A stretch of 63,978 nt of DNA, counting the filler. It is 8 parts of 8 records of this genome, joined end to end, with 100 filler letters (N's around TTAATTAATTAA, not from the genome) between each part and the next. Parts side by side here need not be neighbours in the genome. Positions count along the whole stretch, not along the records: positions 10,087 to 20,333 come from SRR31147125_15766; positions 20,434 to 30,023 come from SRR31147125_15774; 6 more parts are not named here. The stretch is one strand, 5' to 3'. Position 1 is the stretch's first letter. Every line of letters begins with the position of its first letter. The position numbers and the translations under genes were made by a program. Shown one piece after another: positions 11,137-20,454 of this stretch. The notes below the pieces were generated by a model. It was not told the origin of the DNA. It made no database searches and saw nothing but the letters and a program-made list of their open reading frames with translations.

Positions 11137-12690
11137 TTATTCTGCTTCCTCCAAAACTCTCTTCAGCAACTCAATAGCAGGTTCATCATTTTCATCACCT
11201 GTATTCAGTTCACCACGAAAGGCTTTAGAAAGTATAGATTTTTCTATTAAATCAATCTGTTTTTCCATATCAAGCAAGTCTTTTGCTTTTGCTTCAGCTT
11301 CCAATATCTCTTCAATTATTCGAATGATTTCTTTTTGTTCATCTAATGATGGTAGGGGTATTTTTGTATTTTTAACTGTTGTTAAGTTTAAATTAGGCTG
11401 ATTTCCTCCCATTGCTAACTTCCTAATGTCATAATAACTTTTAATAAAAAAATTAAAAATATATTGATTTATTTCATAAGCATAGTCAATTAATGAAATC
11501 GCTGCACAAGCTTGGTTAATTGCACCTGAAATGTACATTTCAGCAACTTGACCTCTTGTTTTACCTTCTCCATACATAGCTACTAGTAAAGTATGTTTCG
11601 GATAAATTTTCATATTCTTATCTTCAATAGCAAATTTTGTTATAAAATTTACTGCTGAAACAATCTTTTTTTCTCCAGTTTGCTTACTCGTAAGCCAAGG
11701 AATATCAGCATTTTCATAATAAAGCTTATTCGATTTTAATGGTGTTGAACCTGTTCCGACATTACTAATTTCTCCTAACCTTACCCATTTCCACCCCTCA
11801 GGCAGTTCATAAGGTTGCTCACCTTTTGGAATCTCCATCTCATCAACAGGAGTCAGTTTAGGTTTTTTAGGTTTTCTTTTCCCATCTGCTTCTGCTTTTT
11901 CGCACTCCTCTTCCCATTTTTTCAGTTTCTCTTCATTTATCTGCTCTAAGAGTTTATCAGCACCATCTTTTATAAGTTCCAGATTTTCCTCTCTCCATTT
12001 TGCAGTAAGTTCTCCAGTAAATGCTTTATGAAGGATACTTGCTCTACGAAGTTCAAAAGTTTCTTTTGCTTCTTGGATTTTCTCTTTTGCTTCACGAGTT
12101 TTCGCAAGCATATTTTCAAGCTTAGCAACTATTCTTTTTTGTTCGTTTAGTGGGGGAATTGGAAATTTTAGTAATTTTAAATGCTTTAAAACTACTCTTC
12201 TAATAGCTGTCCCAGTTTTAGAGTTTAAGGCTTGCTCCATTATTTGAGGACTTCTTAAAATCACTTCCAAAAAATTAGATTCAATTATACTTTTATCCGA
12301 TCTTAATATCGCCAAAGAAGATAATACGACAAATTCTTTTTCGTAATCAATTAAACTCGTTTTTCCTACTGTTCCATCTTTAGAAAAAAGTACATCTCCA
12401 AATAAAGGTTGACATCCATTGTCTTTCAATTTTTTGTAGTCCTCTTCAGATATTTTTTTACAATTTATAAAGTCAATTTCACCATCAGTTAAATCTTTTA
12501 CAGTTATATAAGGCATTCCTTTGTCTAATATTTTAGGTGAAAAATGTGAACCATCAGTTAATTTTTTAAGTATATTTTCTAACTTCACCCATTCCCAATT
12601 ACTAGGCAAATCATAAAGCTGTTCTTCTAGTGGTATCAATGCTTCTTGTAATTTTTCTTCTATTGTAAGTTGTTTTTTCTTTTTAGCCAT
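11137..12690 (-). CDS. hsdS: Type I RM specificity subunit
   Basis: Two TRDs flanked by LPxxWxWVxL and PxPPLxEQxxI conserved regions; AFTGEL/AFRGEL motifs. Confidence 0.95.
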   Translation of the reverse strand: MAKKKKQLTIEEKLQEALIPLEEQLYDLPSNWEWVKLENILKKLTDGSHFSPKILDKGMPYITVKDLTDGEIDFINCKKISEEDYKKLKDNGCQPLFGDVLFSKDGTVGKTSLIDYEKEFVVLSSLAILRSDKSIIESNFLEVILRSPQIMEQALNSKTGTAIRRVVLKHLKLLKFPIPPLNEQKRIVAKLENMLAKTREAKEKIQEAKETFELRRASILHKAFTGELTAKWREENLELIKDGADKLLEQINEEKLKKWEEECEKAEADGKRKPKKPKLTPVDEMEIPKGEQPYELPEGWKWVRLGEISNVGTGSTPLKSNKLYYENADIPWLTSKQTGEKKIVSAVNFITKFAIEDKNMKIYPKHTLLVAMYGEGKTRGQVAEMYISGAINQACAAISLIDYAYEINQYIFNFFIKSYYDIRKLAMGGNQPNLNLTTVKNTKIPLPSLDEQKEIIRIIEEILEAEAKAKDLLDMEKQIDLIEKSILSKAFRGELNTGDENDEPAIELLKRVLEEAE

Positions 12691-14111
12691 TACTCTTCAA
12701 CTCCACAAATATGAAGTTCTTTTATTACTCCTCTTAATAGGTCTACAGCTTCTTCCAGTTTAGATATAGCTTCTTCTGCACTTCCTATAGGGTTTGGTAA
12801 ATCTTCATGGTCTATTACCGAATCATCTTTTATTAGTCCTAAATCAAGAGAATACTCTTTCTTTGCAATCTCATCTATAGTAAATTTAGTCCATCTTTCT
12901 AGTTTCTCTTTCTCTTCTGACGAGTTATATGAGTTTTCAAACTCTTCAAAGTGAAAAGCTTTTAATGGATTACTTTTATTGAAGTTTTTTTGATTAGTTC
13001 TCATATCATAGAAGCATACTTCTTTAGTATTATCTGTCTCTGTTGTTCCTCTATCAAAAAACAAAACATTTGTTTTTACACCTGCTGCATAAAATATCCC
13101 TGTAGGAAGTCTTAAAATAGTATGTAAATTACATTTATTCATCAAATCTTTTCTAATATCCGCTCCAGTTCCTGATTCAAATAAAACATTATCAGGAAGT
13201 ACAACTGCTGCCCTTGCTTTACCTGTTTTAGCCAGTGAATTATAGATTACCTGTAGAAAGTTCAGCTGTTTATTTGAAGTTTCATAAGTAAGGTCATCTC
13301 TTGTTGCTCTCTCTCCACCTTTTTTTGTTCCGAATGGTGGATTAGATAATATTAAATCATAGTTTTTAAACTGTTTTCCTGCTTCTGATAGAGTATCACC
13401 CTGTTTAATATTCTCTGATGACATACTATGTAAAAGAGCATTCATCATAGCAAGTCTATGAGTGTCAATTACAAGCTCACTAGCTGAGAAAGCTTCTTTG
13501 CTTTGGAAATCCCATTCCTTTTCATTCAAATCATGGTAGTTATCATGTTTAGCTCTAAGATAGTTAGAAGCTGAAATCAAAAATCCAAGAGTACCACCAG
13601 CAGGGTCAAAGACTCTCTCTTTTAGTTTAGGTTCTGTAAGTTTTACAATTGAGTCAATCAAAACTCTAGGAGTAAAGTATTGACCTGCTCCAGATTTTTT
13701 TTCTTCGGCGTTTTTCTTTAATAATCCTTCATACAAGTCACCCATATCATCTTTATCGATTGAGTACCAGTCTAGCTTGTTTATTTCAGTAAATATTTTC
13801 TTAAGGTTCTTAGGTTCCTCTATCTTCGTTGTTGCATTATGATAAATTGTTCCTAAATCACCTTGCTTATCAGAAAACTCTAGGAGTGCTTTCCTATATG
13901 TCATTGATAACTCTACACCGTCAAGTTTGATAAGCTCTTCCCATCTATAGTGATTCGGTATTTTTATTTCATCCTCTATACTCTTTTCCTCTGCCATTTT
14001 TAAGAACAGAATATACGTTAGTTCTGTTACATACTCATGATAAGTGATTCCATCATCTCTTAAAACATTACACAGGTTCCATAACTTTTGTACTATATCA
14101 TTATTGTTCAT
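12690..14111 (-). CDS. hsdM: Type I RM N6-adenine methyltransferase
   Basis: GAGQYFTPR, DPAGGTLGF, NPPFG; EcoKI-like N-terminus (IVQKLWNLCNVLRDDG). Confidence 0.97.
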   Translation of the reverse strand: MNNNDIVQKLWNLCNVLRDDGITYHEYVTELTYILFLKMAEEKSIEDEIKIPNHYRWEELIKLDGVELSMTYRKALLEFSDKQGDLGTIYHNATTKIEEPKNLKKIFTEINKLDWYSIDKDDMGDLYEGLLKKNAEEKKSGAGQYFTPRVLIDSIVKLTEPKLKERVFDPAGGTLGFLISASNYLRAKHDNYHDLNEKEWDFQSKEAFSASELVIDTHRLAMMNALLHSMSSENIKQGDTLSEAGKQFKNYDLILSNPPFGTKKGGERATRDDLTYETSNKQLNFLQVIYNSLAKTGKARAAVVLPDNVLFESGTGADIRKDLMNKCNLHTILRLPTGIFYAAGVKTNVLFFDRGTTETDNTKEVCFYDMRTNQKNFNKSNPLKAFHFEEFENSYNSSEEKEKLERWTKFTIDEIAKKEYSLDLGLIKDDSVIDHEDLPNPIGSAEEAISKLEEAVDLLRGVIKELHICGVEE

Positions 14112-14127
14112 TCTCTTTATCTCCCTC

Positions 14128-17100
14128 TTAAGATAATAAAATCTCTTCTTGTATTATCTCTAATATTTCGCTTAATTTAAAGTCCAGTGTTTTATCAATT
14201 CTCTTTTCTCCACCGTATTGCCCTCGAAATATTCCACTATTTATCTCTTCAATAGTTATTATATAATTATTATCAGCTTTTAACTGTTTTTCTATTAAGT
14301 TTAATATTCTTTCTTGTGGTTTTTTCCATTTATGAAGTTTATGAATCTTCTTCATTATATCTTCTACTTTTTCATTGAAATCAACTATTGGAGAACCTTT
14401 AATTGCATTCTTAACGAAAACTAATATATTTCCTGCAATCTCCTCATTATTTAACTCAGAGTAGGCTGATTTAAGTTGCTGTTCCGAATAACCTTTATTA
14501 TCAAGGACTTTTTTTATAGCAACTATATCTTTTCTTTTTATCTGTTTTGGATTCTCTCGAAGCAGTTTTAGTGCTTCAAGGTTTGATTCCTTTAAACAAT
14601 TCTTGAAATCATCCAGATAATCAGCAGGTTTCAGTCTATCTTTTCCGTAACCTCTATCTACTGCCAATAATTCATCGTCAGCATTTGAGACTAGTATTTT
14701 GCTTCCACCTAATTTAAGTTCATCTAAATAATTTAGGTATTTTACTTCTTCCAAAAGTTCCTCTACATTATCTATTTTTTTAATATCCTCAATGAAAGTC
14801 TCAATATCTCTTCCACTTTCAATTTCAAACAAATCTTTCAACTTATCATGTTTCTTTACATGTACTTTCTTTCTCTGTAATTTAGCAATGATTTCATCTT
14901 TAATTGGTTTAAAACTCTCTTGATTCTCTTGAAGAGTAGTTGTAATGTCAGTAAAACTCTGTTTAGGTTTTTTTACAACTGCTTTCATATCTGTATACTC
15001 CTGCAAATCTTGATAAAGGTCAACACAATCAAATATTTTGAAATGGTCTTTCTCAATATCATCACATCTTCTTGTCGCTCTTCCTATCATTTGCTCATAT
15101 AGTATTCTACTTTTTACTTTTCTCATAAACACAAGATTTGAAATCTTTGGTACATCTATTCCAGTAGTGAGTAAATCAACTGTTATCACTATATTTGGAT
15201 AAAGCTCATTTTTAAACTTCTTAATCTCTTTACCTACATCTTTTACATATCCAGTCTGTTTAGCTATTTGGTCTTCATTAATTGTCCAACCTGCTTTTCG
15301 GTACTCCTCTTTTAGCATTCCTTCTATTGTATCAGCATGACTATCATTGACAGCGAAAATTAATGTTTTTCCCTCTTCTTCAGGGTCTACCCAATTTACT
15401 AATTCTTGACACATTACCCTATTAAAATTTGGATTAACCACTTTTTTATTAAAGTTATCTATCTCAAGATTAATCTCGTCATTTAAAAGTATACTCTCCA
15501 TAGTTTGAGTAGATGTATCAAATATTTGAACTGTATCACCTTTTTCATAACTGATACCATCATTCATAAGTTTAGTTTTTATTGTAAATGGTGGTTCATG
15601 GTCTACAAGGTAACCGTCAATTACTGCTTGTCTATAAGTGTAGTCAAATACAGGCTCTCCAAACAGTTCCGCTGTATGTTTTGCAGGTGTTGCCGTTAAA
15701 GCTATCTTATCAGCCTCAAAGTAATCAATAACTTGTTTATATTTCCCAAGATATTCGGATTGAGATTTATACTCTAACTCTTCTTCTGTAAATCCTTTAT
15801 CAAGGATATACCCTCTATGTGCTTCATCTATTATAATACAGTCATACTGTCCTATACTTGGTTTATTATCATTTGAGTAAAGTACCCTTTTTACCAAACC
15901 TTGTACAGTTGCTATTTGAAGTCTTGTTTCATCTTCTGGAATTATATCTTTTAATTCCTTAATGTTATATATCTCAGAAAAACTCTGTGATTGTTCTATC
16001 TTTACATCATTTAGTGAATCTCTTGTTTGCTCACCTAGTGCTGACCTATCAACTAAAAAGAGTATTCTTTTATATTTCTCTGCTTTTATCAGTCTATACA
16101 TTAGACCAATAGCCGTTCTTGTTTTCCCTGTCCCAGTTGCCATTGTAAGTAATGCTCTGTCTTTCCCCTCAAGTAGAGCTTTCTCAACTGCTTTTATTGC
16201 ATCAATTTGATAATCTCTTAGATTTAAACTTGTACTTGATTTCAAATACTCTATGCTTTCCTTTTCAAGTTTCTGTTTAGCAAGCATATCGTCTTTTTCA
16301 AGTAGCATTTTCAAATCATCTGGTGAGTGGAAACCTTTAATTGCTTTGGCTCCATTAGCACGTTTTCTACCATCAAGGAACCATATTCCTGATTTTTGTG
16401 GAAGTAAACTATTATATTCTCTTCCGTTTGCTGCATACATGAAAGGAACTTTATAATCTGTAAATGGAGAGCCTTTTAAAAATTTTGCTTCTCCCTTTAA
16501 TTCTGCACCTTTTGCGTACATTCTCGCATCTTTTTTTAATGCTCCAGGAATATCCTTATCATATCTTTTTGCTTCTATTATTCCTACAAACTCTCTATCT
16601 ATAAAAAGAGCATAGTCAGCCCAACCTACAGTTACTCCATCATCTTTTAAACATGGATATTCAGAAATTGCAATATGTTGACCTTTTTTAGGCATTATTT
16701 GCTTAGATTTATAGTTAAGGTTTACTGTATCAACTAACCATCCTGCTTTTTTTAATTGATAATCTATGAGCTCTCTTGTTTCTGCTTCAGATAAATTAAG
16801 CTTTTTGGCTTTTCTTCTTGCTTCTCTGGCTCTTCTTTCTACTTCTGTAGAATCAACTTTTACAGCTTCAAATGATTTCTCAGCGTCTTTGACTCTATTA
16901 GTAAGCTCTTCATACATAGATTTATAATCTATCTTTTCAGGCTTCTTATACTCTACATTTTCAGCATCAAAGCTTAAATCACTACCATACACAGATTTAA
17001 ACCAAGCTGACAATTTCAAAGCCAAAGCAAGAAGTTTATGCCCATCCTCTTCATTTCCTTCAAAACTCTCTGTACCTGATAAACCTATAAATGTTTTATG

Positions 17101-17382
17101 TACTGCCTTATTTCCCTTTTTTCTAATAAGATGAAATATATCTTCTATTTCACTAGTTATCAAATCATTTCTTTTCAGAATTTTGATTCTTTCAAGCTGA
17201 CTTTTATCATAAGGCTCTTGAAGTCCATCGTATTTAATCATTACACTTGCTATATACTCTCCAAGTTGTCTGATTTTAATAACTGATGTATTCAAATCCT
17301 CATATATCATCTTCTCAGCAACTTCCCCGAAAGTCGCTAAAATTTCCCATTCATTTTTTAAAAATTCAAAATTACTATCCAT
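14128..17382 (-). CDS. hsdR: Type I RM restriction subunit (EcoKI-like R)
   Basis: Nuclease ADY...IEAK, Walker A MATGTGKT, DEAH, LTATP, QMIGRATR. Start taken at ATG 17382 after an AGGGGTG RBS. Confidence 0.96.
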   Translation of the reverse strand: MDSNFEFLKNEWEILATFGEVAEKMIYEDLNTSVIKIRQLGEYIASVMIKYDGLQEPYDKSQLERIKILKRNDLITSEIEDIFHLIRKKGNKAVHKTFIGLSGTESFEGNEEDGHKLLALALKLSAWFKSVYGSDLSFDAENVEYKKPEKIDYKSMYEELTNRVKDAEKSFEAVKVDSTEVERRAREARRKAKKLNLSEAETRELIDYQLKKAGWLVDTVNLNYKSKQIMPKKGQHIAISEYPCLKDDGVTVGWADYALFIDREFVGIIEAKRYDKDIPGALKKDARMYAKGAELKGEAKFLKGSPFTDYKVPFMYAANGREYNSLLPQKSGIWFLDGRKRANGAKAIKGFHSPDDLKMLLEKDDMLAKQKLEKESIEYLKSSTSLNLRDYQIDAIKAVEKALLEGKDRALLTMATGTGKTRTAIGLMYRLIKAEKYKRILFLVDRSALGEQTRDSLNDVKIEQSQSFSEIYNIKELKDIIPEDETRLQIATVQGLVKRVLYSNDNKPSIGQYDCIIIDEAHRGYILDKGFTEEELEYKSQSEYLGKYKQVIDYFEADKIALTATPAKHTAELFGEPVFDYTYRQAVIDGYLVDHEPPFTIKTKLMNDGISYEKGDTVQIFDTSTQTMESILLNDEINLEIDNFNKKVVNPNFNRVMCQELVNWVDPEEEGKTLIFAVNDSHADTIEGMLKEEYRKAGWTINEDQIAKQTGYVKDVGKEIKKFKNELYPNIVITVDLLTTGIDVPKISNLVFMRKVKSRILYEQMIGRATRRCDDIEKDHFKIFDCVDLYQDLQEYTDMKAVVKKPKQSFTDITTTLQENQESFKPIKDEIIAKLQRKKVHVKKHDKLKDLFEIESGRDIETFIEDIKKIDNVEELLEEVKYLNYLDELKLGGSKILVSNADDELLAVDRGYGKDRLKPADYLDDFKNCLKESNLEALKLLRENPKQIKRKDIVAIKKVLDNKGYSEQQLKSAYSELNNEEIAGNILVFVKNAIKGSPIVDFNEKVEDIMKKIHKLHKWKKPQERILNLIEKQLKADNNYIITIEEINSGIFRGQYGGEKRIDKTLDFKLSEILEIIQEEILLS

Positions 17383-17510
17383 AACTTCACCCCTTAAAAT
17401 AAGTTGGAATTTTAGTCTATTTTTCAATTTATATTTTAGCATAAAAAAAAGAGAATCCTATTATTTCTACACTTATTATAATTAATTTATAAAAAAATTT
17501 GCTAGGCAAG

Positions 17511-17538
17511 TTGCCATAATGTATTATCATGGTATAAG
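17511..17538 (+). promoter_or_regulatory. Putative sigma-70 promoter of the divergent operon
   Basis: TTGCCA-N16-TATAAG with extended -10 TG; AGGGAG RBS precedes ATG 17578. Confidence 0.45.
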
Positions 17539-17577
17539 GAAATTATTAATCTTAAATAAATTTAAAGGGAGAATATA

Positions 17578-17835
17578 ATGCGAGATAAAATACGAATATG
17601 TGATATTAAACTAACAAGCAATGAAGGAGATTCTCAAAATTGCATAATTGACGAATCAGAATTAAAGAGACTTGCAGGATTAAAAGCATGGAATAAAAGT
17701 GATGGTAAACTTGGTATTGTTAAAGGTTTTTCAGAAAATGGACAAAACTATATTAAAATAGATGATTTAAATATAATACTAATTTTGAAATATTCAAATA
17801 TACCAGAAAAATCAATAAAAATATTGATTTGGTAA
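17578..17835 (+). CDS. Hypothetical protein, 85 aa
   Basis: Good RBS; overlaps the next ORF by 7 nt. Confidence 0.6.
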   Translation: MRDKIRICDIKLTSNEGDSQNCIIDESELKRLAGLKAWNKSDGKLGIVKGFSENGQNYIKIDDLNIILILKYSNIPEKSIKILIW

Positions 17836-19883
17836 AGGAGTTTAAAGAGAAGCTAAAAATTCAAACTCCAAGCGACATAATGAGTGAGATCATTAAGGAA
17901 TTAGCTGAAATCGAAAGTTATTTTTGGGAATTTCAGAACACTTATGATTTAGACTCAAAATATAGCATAATTATTAAGATTATGAACTTGCTTCAGCGAA
18001 AAACTTCTTCACTATCTGAAGAGTGTATAACTCTTAATGATAAAGAATATATTAAAAAGACTCAAAATGGAGAAGTAAAATCTTTACATCTTATTGAAGA
18101 GTATATTGATTCGCACATCATTCGTAAATATGAATCCATTTTTAAGAATACTATCAATAAATTTAACAAAGATGCTACTAGCTATACAGTTATTTCGGAA
18201 TTATTGAATCCTTCATCACTCTACAACAACAAAAAAGAAAAATATAACTCGAAATTGCTTAGAAATTATAAAACTTTTTTTCATTATCTAGAAAACGAAC
18301 TCTCAACTTTTGAAGTGCATGGTTTAAGAACTGAAGAAAGTTTTAATAAAGTAAAAAAAGAGTTTTTAAATCAGTCCAAAAATATTTTTAAAAGTAACAT
18401 CATTAAATTAAAGGAAGTTATTTCTGCTATCAACTTTAAAGAGATCTACGCTTCTCTTGATTTAATAAAGCAGAAAAAACAAACTCTCACAAAACCTCAA
18501 AAAAGTTTTCAGGAGATTCAAGATTACGAAAGAAACTATCTATCCATGTTTATGTATATTGATGAAGTCTTGGATTTTTATAATTCTAAAAATGGAAAAT
18601 TAATAAATGATTACTTTAAAATTCATAGCACTTTAAAAGAACTTTTTTACTATCTTTCATATTTCATTATTAGAAGTGGGGACTATAGTGAAGAAAATAC
18701 TTATTCTGATGTTGATACAATTAGAAATTCATTCGTAAGTGAATTCACTCCAATAATTAAATGCTTAGGATATGATTATGAATTTGAATACCACCTACTG
18801 CATGATGCATACGATATTTTAAATGATAAATACTTACAATCTGAAATAGGCGTTTTGACAGAAGACATATTAGAAGCAATTGAAAAAATACTACCACAAG
18901 GAAGTTTTTATATTAATAGCTATTATCATAGTAGATTAATAAAAAAAGCTATTTATTCAAATAATCCAAAGGCTGTTAAGATTTTACAAGGCTATATAAG
19001 TGATGTTGATGAAAAAGACTTACTAAACACCTTATTTGATGGAGTTAAAACTGATAAAATGCTAACTCCTACAATAAATTGCATAACAGATATTAATAAG
19101 AAATCGCTTTATAACGCCATCTATGAGGGTAATCACAAATTAATTGATTTATTATATGAAGATAAAAAGGTTAAATTATTAAATAAATCAAACTCCATAG
19201 AAAACTATTTATGTATCAAAGGAAGTAACTCTTTAAATACTTGCAACATTATCCTAAAACACCTTGAATTAAACAACGATTATGAAACTTTTATACAATT
19301 AAAAGATAATTTTTTAAGTAATGCTGCATTATGGGGAAATTCTGAAATTGTTAACGGTCATATTAAATATTTAAAAAATAAACAGGAAACTGATTTAAAT
19401 CTTCAAAAAATATTATTTCATTTACTTAGTCAAAATTTAGTTGATATCTTTTCTCAAATATTTTTTGAAAAAGATTTTGACTCTACCAGTTTTATTTTCA
19501 ATTTTATAAAAAATAGAAATATTTTTTGGAATGATATCAATAAAGATACTTGGGATTTTATTTTTAGCAAAGCATGTCCTAATATTGATGTTAACAAAAA
19601 ATTCAAAACAACTTACACCCACTACAGATACGAAAACACGATTGCTGGATATGCTAAAGAACGTATCCCATTTTCTATAAGAAATAAAATATTTTTACAA
19701 ATTCTATTTAACAATACAAATATATTTAAGGGTGCTTTTGAATCTGTTTTGCGCAGTATTGAAAACAACCCAGACAGGAAAACTTCTGGATATTGCTATA
19801 TTGGAATTCCTTGCAACGAAGAGATTCATTCTAAAATTTTAGAAGATATCAATAAAGAGAAAGGTGGTGATAAAAGTGAGTAA
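17829..19883 (+). CDS. Large hypothetical helical protein with degenerate ankyrin-like repeats
   Basis: 684-codon ORF in very AT-rich DNA; LIKKAIYSNNPKAVKILQ, LYNAIYEGNHKLIDLL and LSNAALWGNSEIV resemble ankyrin cores. Confidence 0.7.
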   Translation: MVKEFKEKLKIQTPSDIMSEIIKELAEIESYFWEFQNTYDLDSKYSIIIKIMNLLQRKTSSLSEECITLNDKEYIKKTQNGEVKSLHLIEEYIDSHIIRKYESIFKNTINKFNKDATSYTVISELLNPSSLYNNKKEKYNSKLLRNYKTFFHYLENELSTFEVHGLRTEESFNKVKKEFLNQSKNIFKSNIIKLKEVISAINFKEIYASLDLIKQKKQTLTKPQKSFQEIQDYERNYLSMFMYIDEVLDFYNSKNGKLINDYFKIHSTLKELFYYLSYFIIRSGDYSEENTYSDVDTIRNSFVSEFTPIIKCLGYDYEFEYHLLHDAYDILNDKYLQSEIGVLTEDILEAIEKILPQGSFYINSYYHSRLIKKAIYSNNPKAVKILQGYISDVDEKDLLNTLFDGVKTDKMLTPTINCITDINKKSLYNAIYEGNHKLIDLLYEDKKVKLLNKSNSIENYLCIKGSNSLNTCNIILKHLELNNDYETFIQLKDNFLSNAALWGNSEIVNGHIKYLKNKQETDLNLQKILFHLLSQNLVDIFSQIFFEKDFDSTSFIFNFIKNRNIFWNDINKDTWDFIFSKACPNIDVNKKFKTTYTHYRYENTIAGYAKERIPFSIRNKIFLQILFNNTNIFKGAFESVLRSIENNPDRKTSGYCYIGIPCNEEIHSKILEDINKEKGGDKSE

Positions 19884-19980
19884 AGCTACAAACAATACCG
19901 GAAATGAAAATCCTAACTGGCCAAGCACTACTGAAAATCCTTCTGGAGGTGGAAGAGGAAATAATCCACCCAAAAGGTAA
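19876..19980 (+). CDS. 34-aa micropeptide MSKATNNTGNENPNWPSTTENPSGGGRGNNPPKR (below the ORF-track cutoff)
   Basis: AAGGTGGTG RBS before GTG; overlaps the upstream stop; followed by a terminator. Confidence 0.65.
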   Translation: MSKATNNTGNENPNWPSTTENPSGGGRGNNPPKR

Positions 19981-19993
19981 ATAAGCTCAATTT

Positions 19994-20025
19994 TAAGCCT
20001 CTATATTAGAGGCTTATTTCTATTC
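19994..20025 (+). terminator. Rho-independent terminator
   Basis: Perfect stem TAAGCCTCTA/TAGAGGCTTA followed by TTTCTATT. Confidence 0.7.
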
Positions 20026-20222
20026 TATAAATCAACTTTTTGTAAGTTTCCAATACAACTTTAATTTAAGGTAATCTTATTGGTATATTAGAATTTTAGG
20101 ATTCTTTTTAATGGTAAAAGTTAGTATATAAATAAATTTTTATCCTTATTCTAAATTATCGCTATCCTATTTAACTCAGCTTGTCAGCTTCCCGAATAAA
20201 CTTAGTATAAGGCTTGTTTATC

Positions 20223-20253
20223 AAAAAAAGCCAGAGCTATTAACCCTGACTTT
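20223..20253 (-). terminator. Terminator of a convergent gene truncated at the contig end
   Basis: Minus strand AAAGTCAGGGTTA/TAGCTCTGGCTTT stem (with G-U pairs) plus a T-tract. Confidence 0.55.
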
Positions 20254-20333
20254 CATCTATTCTTTTTCATTCCTTTATACATAAAACAATCTTACTGATC
20301 TACTTTATCAGCTAATTTTTTTTCAGCTTTAAA

Positions 20334-20433
20334 NNNNNNNNNNNNNNNNNNNNNNNNNNNNNNNNNNNNNNNNNNNNTTAATTAATTAANNNNNNNNNNN
20401 NNNNNNNNNNNNNNNNNNNNNNNNNNNNNNNNN
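20334..20433. other. Artificial contig linker
   Basis: N44-TTAATTAATTAA-N44. Confidence 0.98.
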
Positions 20434-20454
20434 AAAAAAAAGGAGAAGACATTC

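Noticed and set aside
11137..12690. Invertible hsdS (shufflon / phasevarion)
   Set aside because: Only one hsdS, and I saw no extra TRD, flanking inverted repeats or recombinase on the contig.
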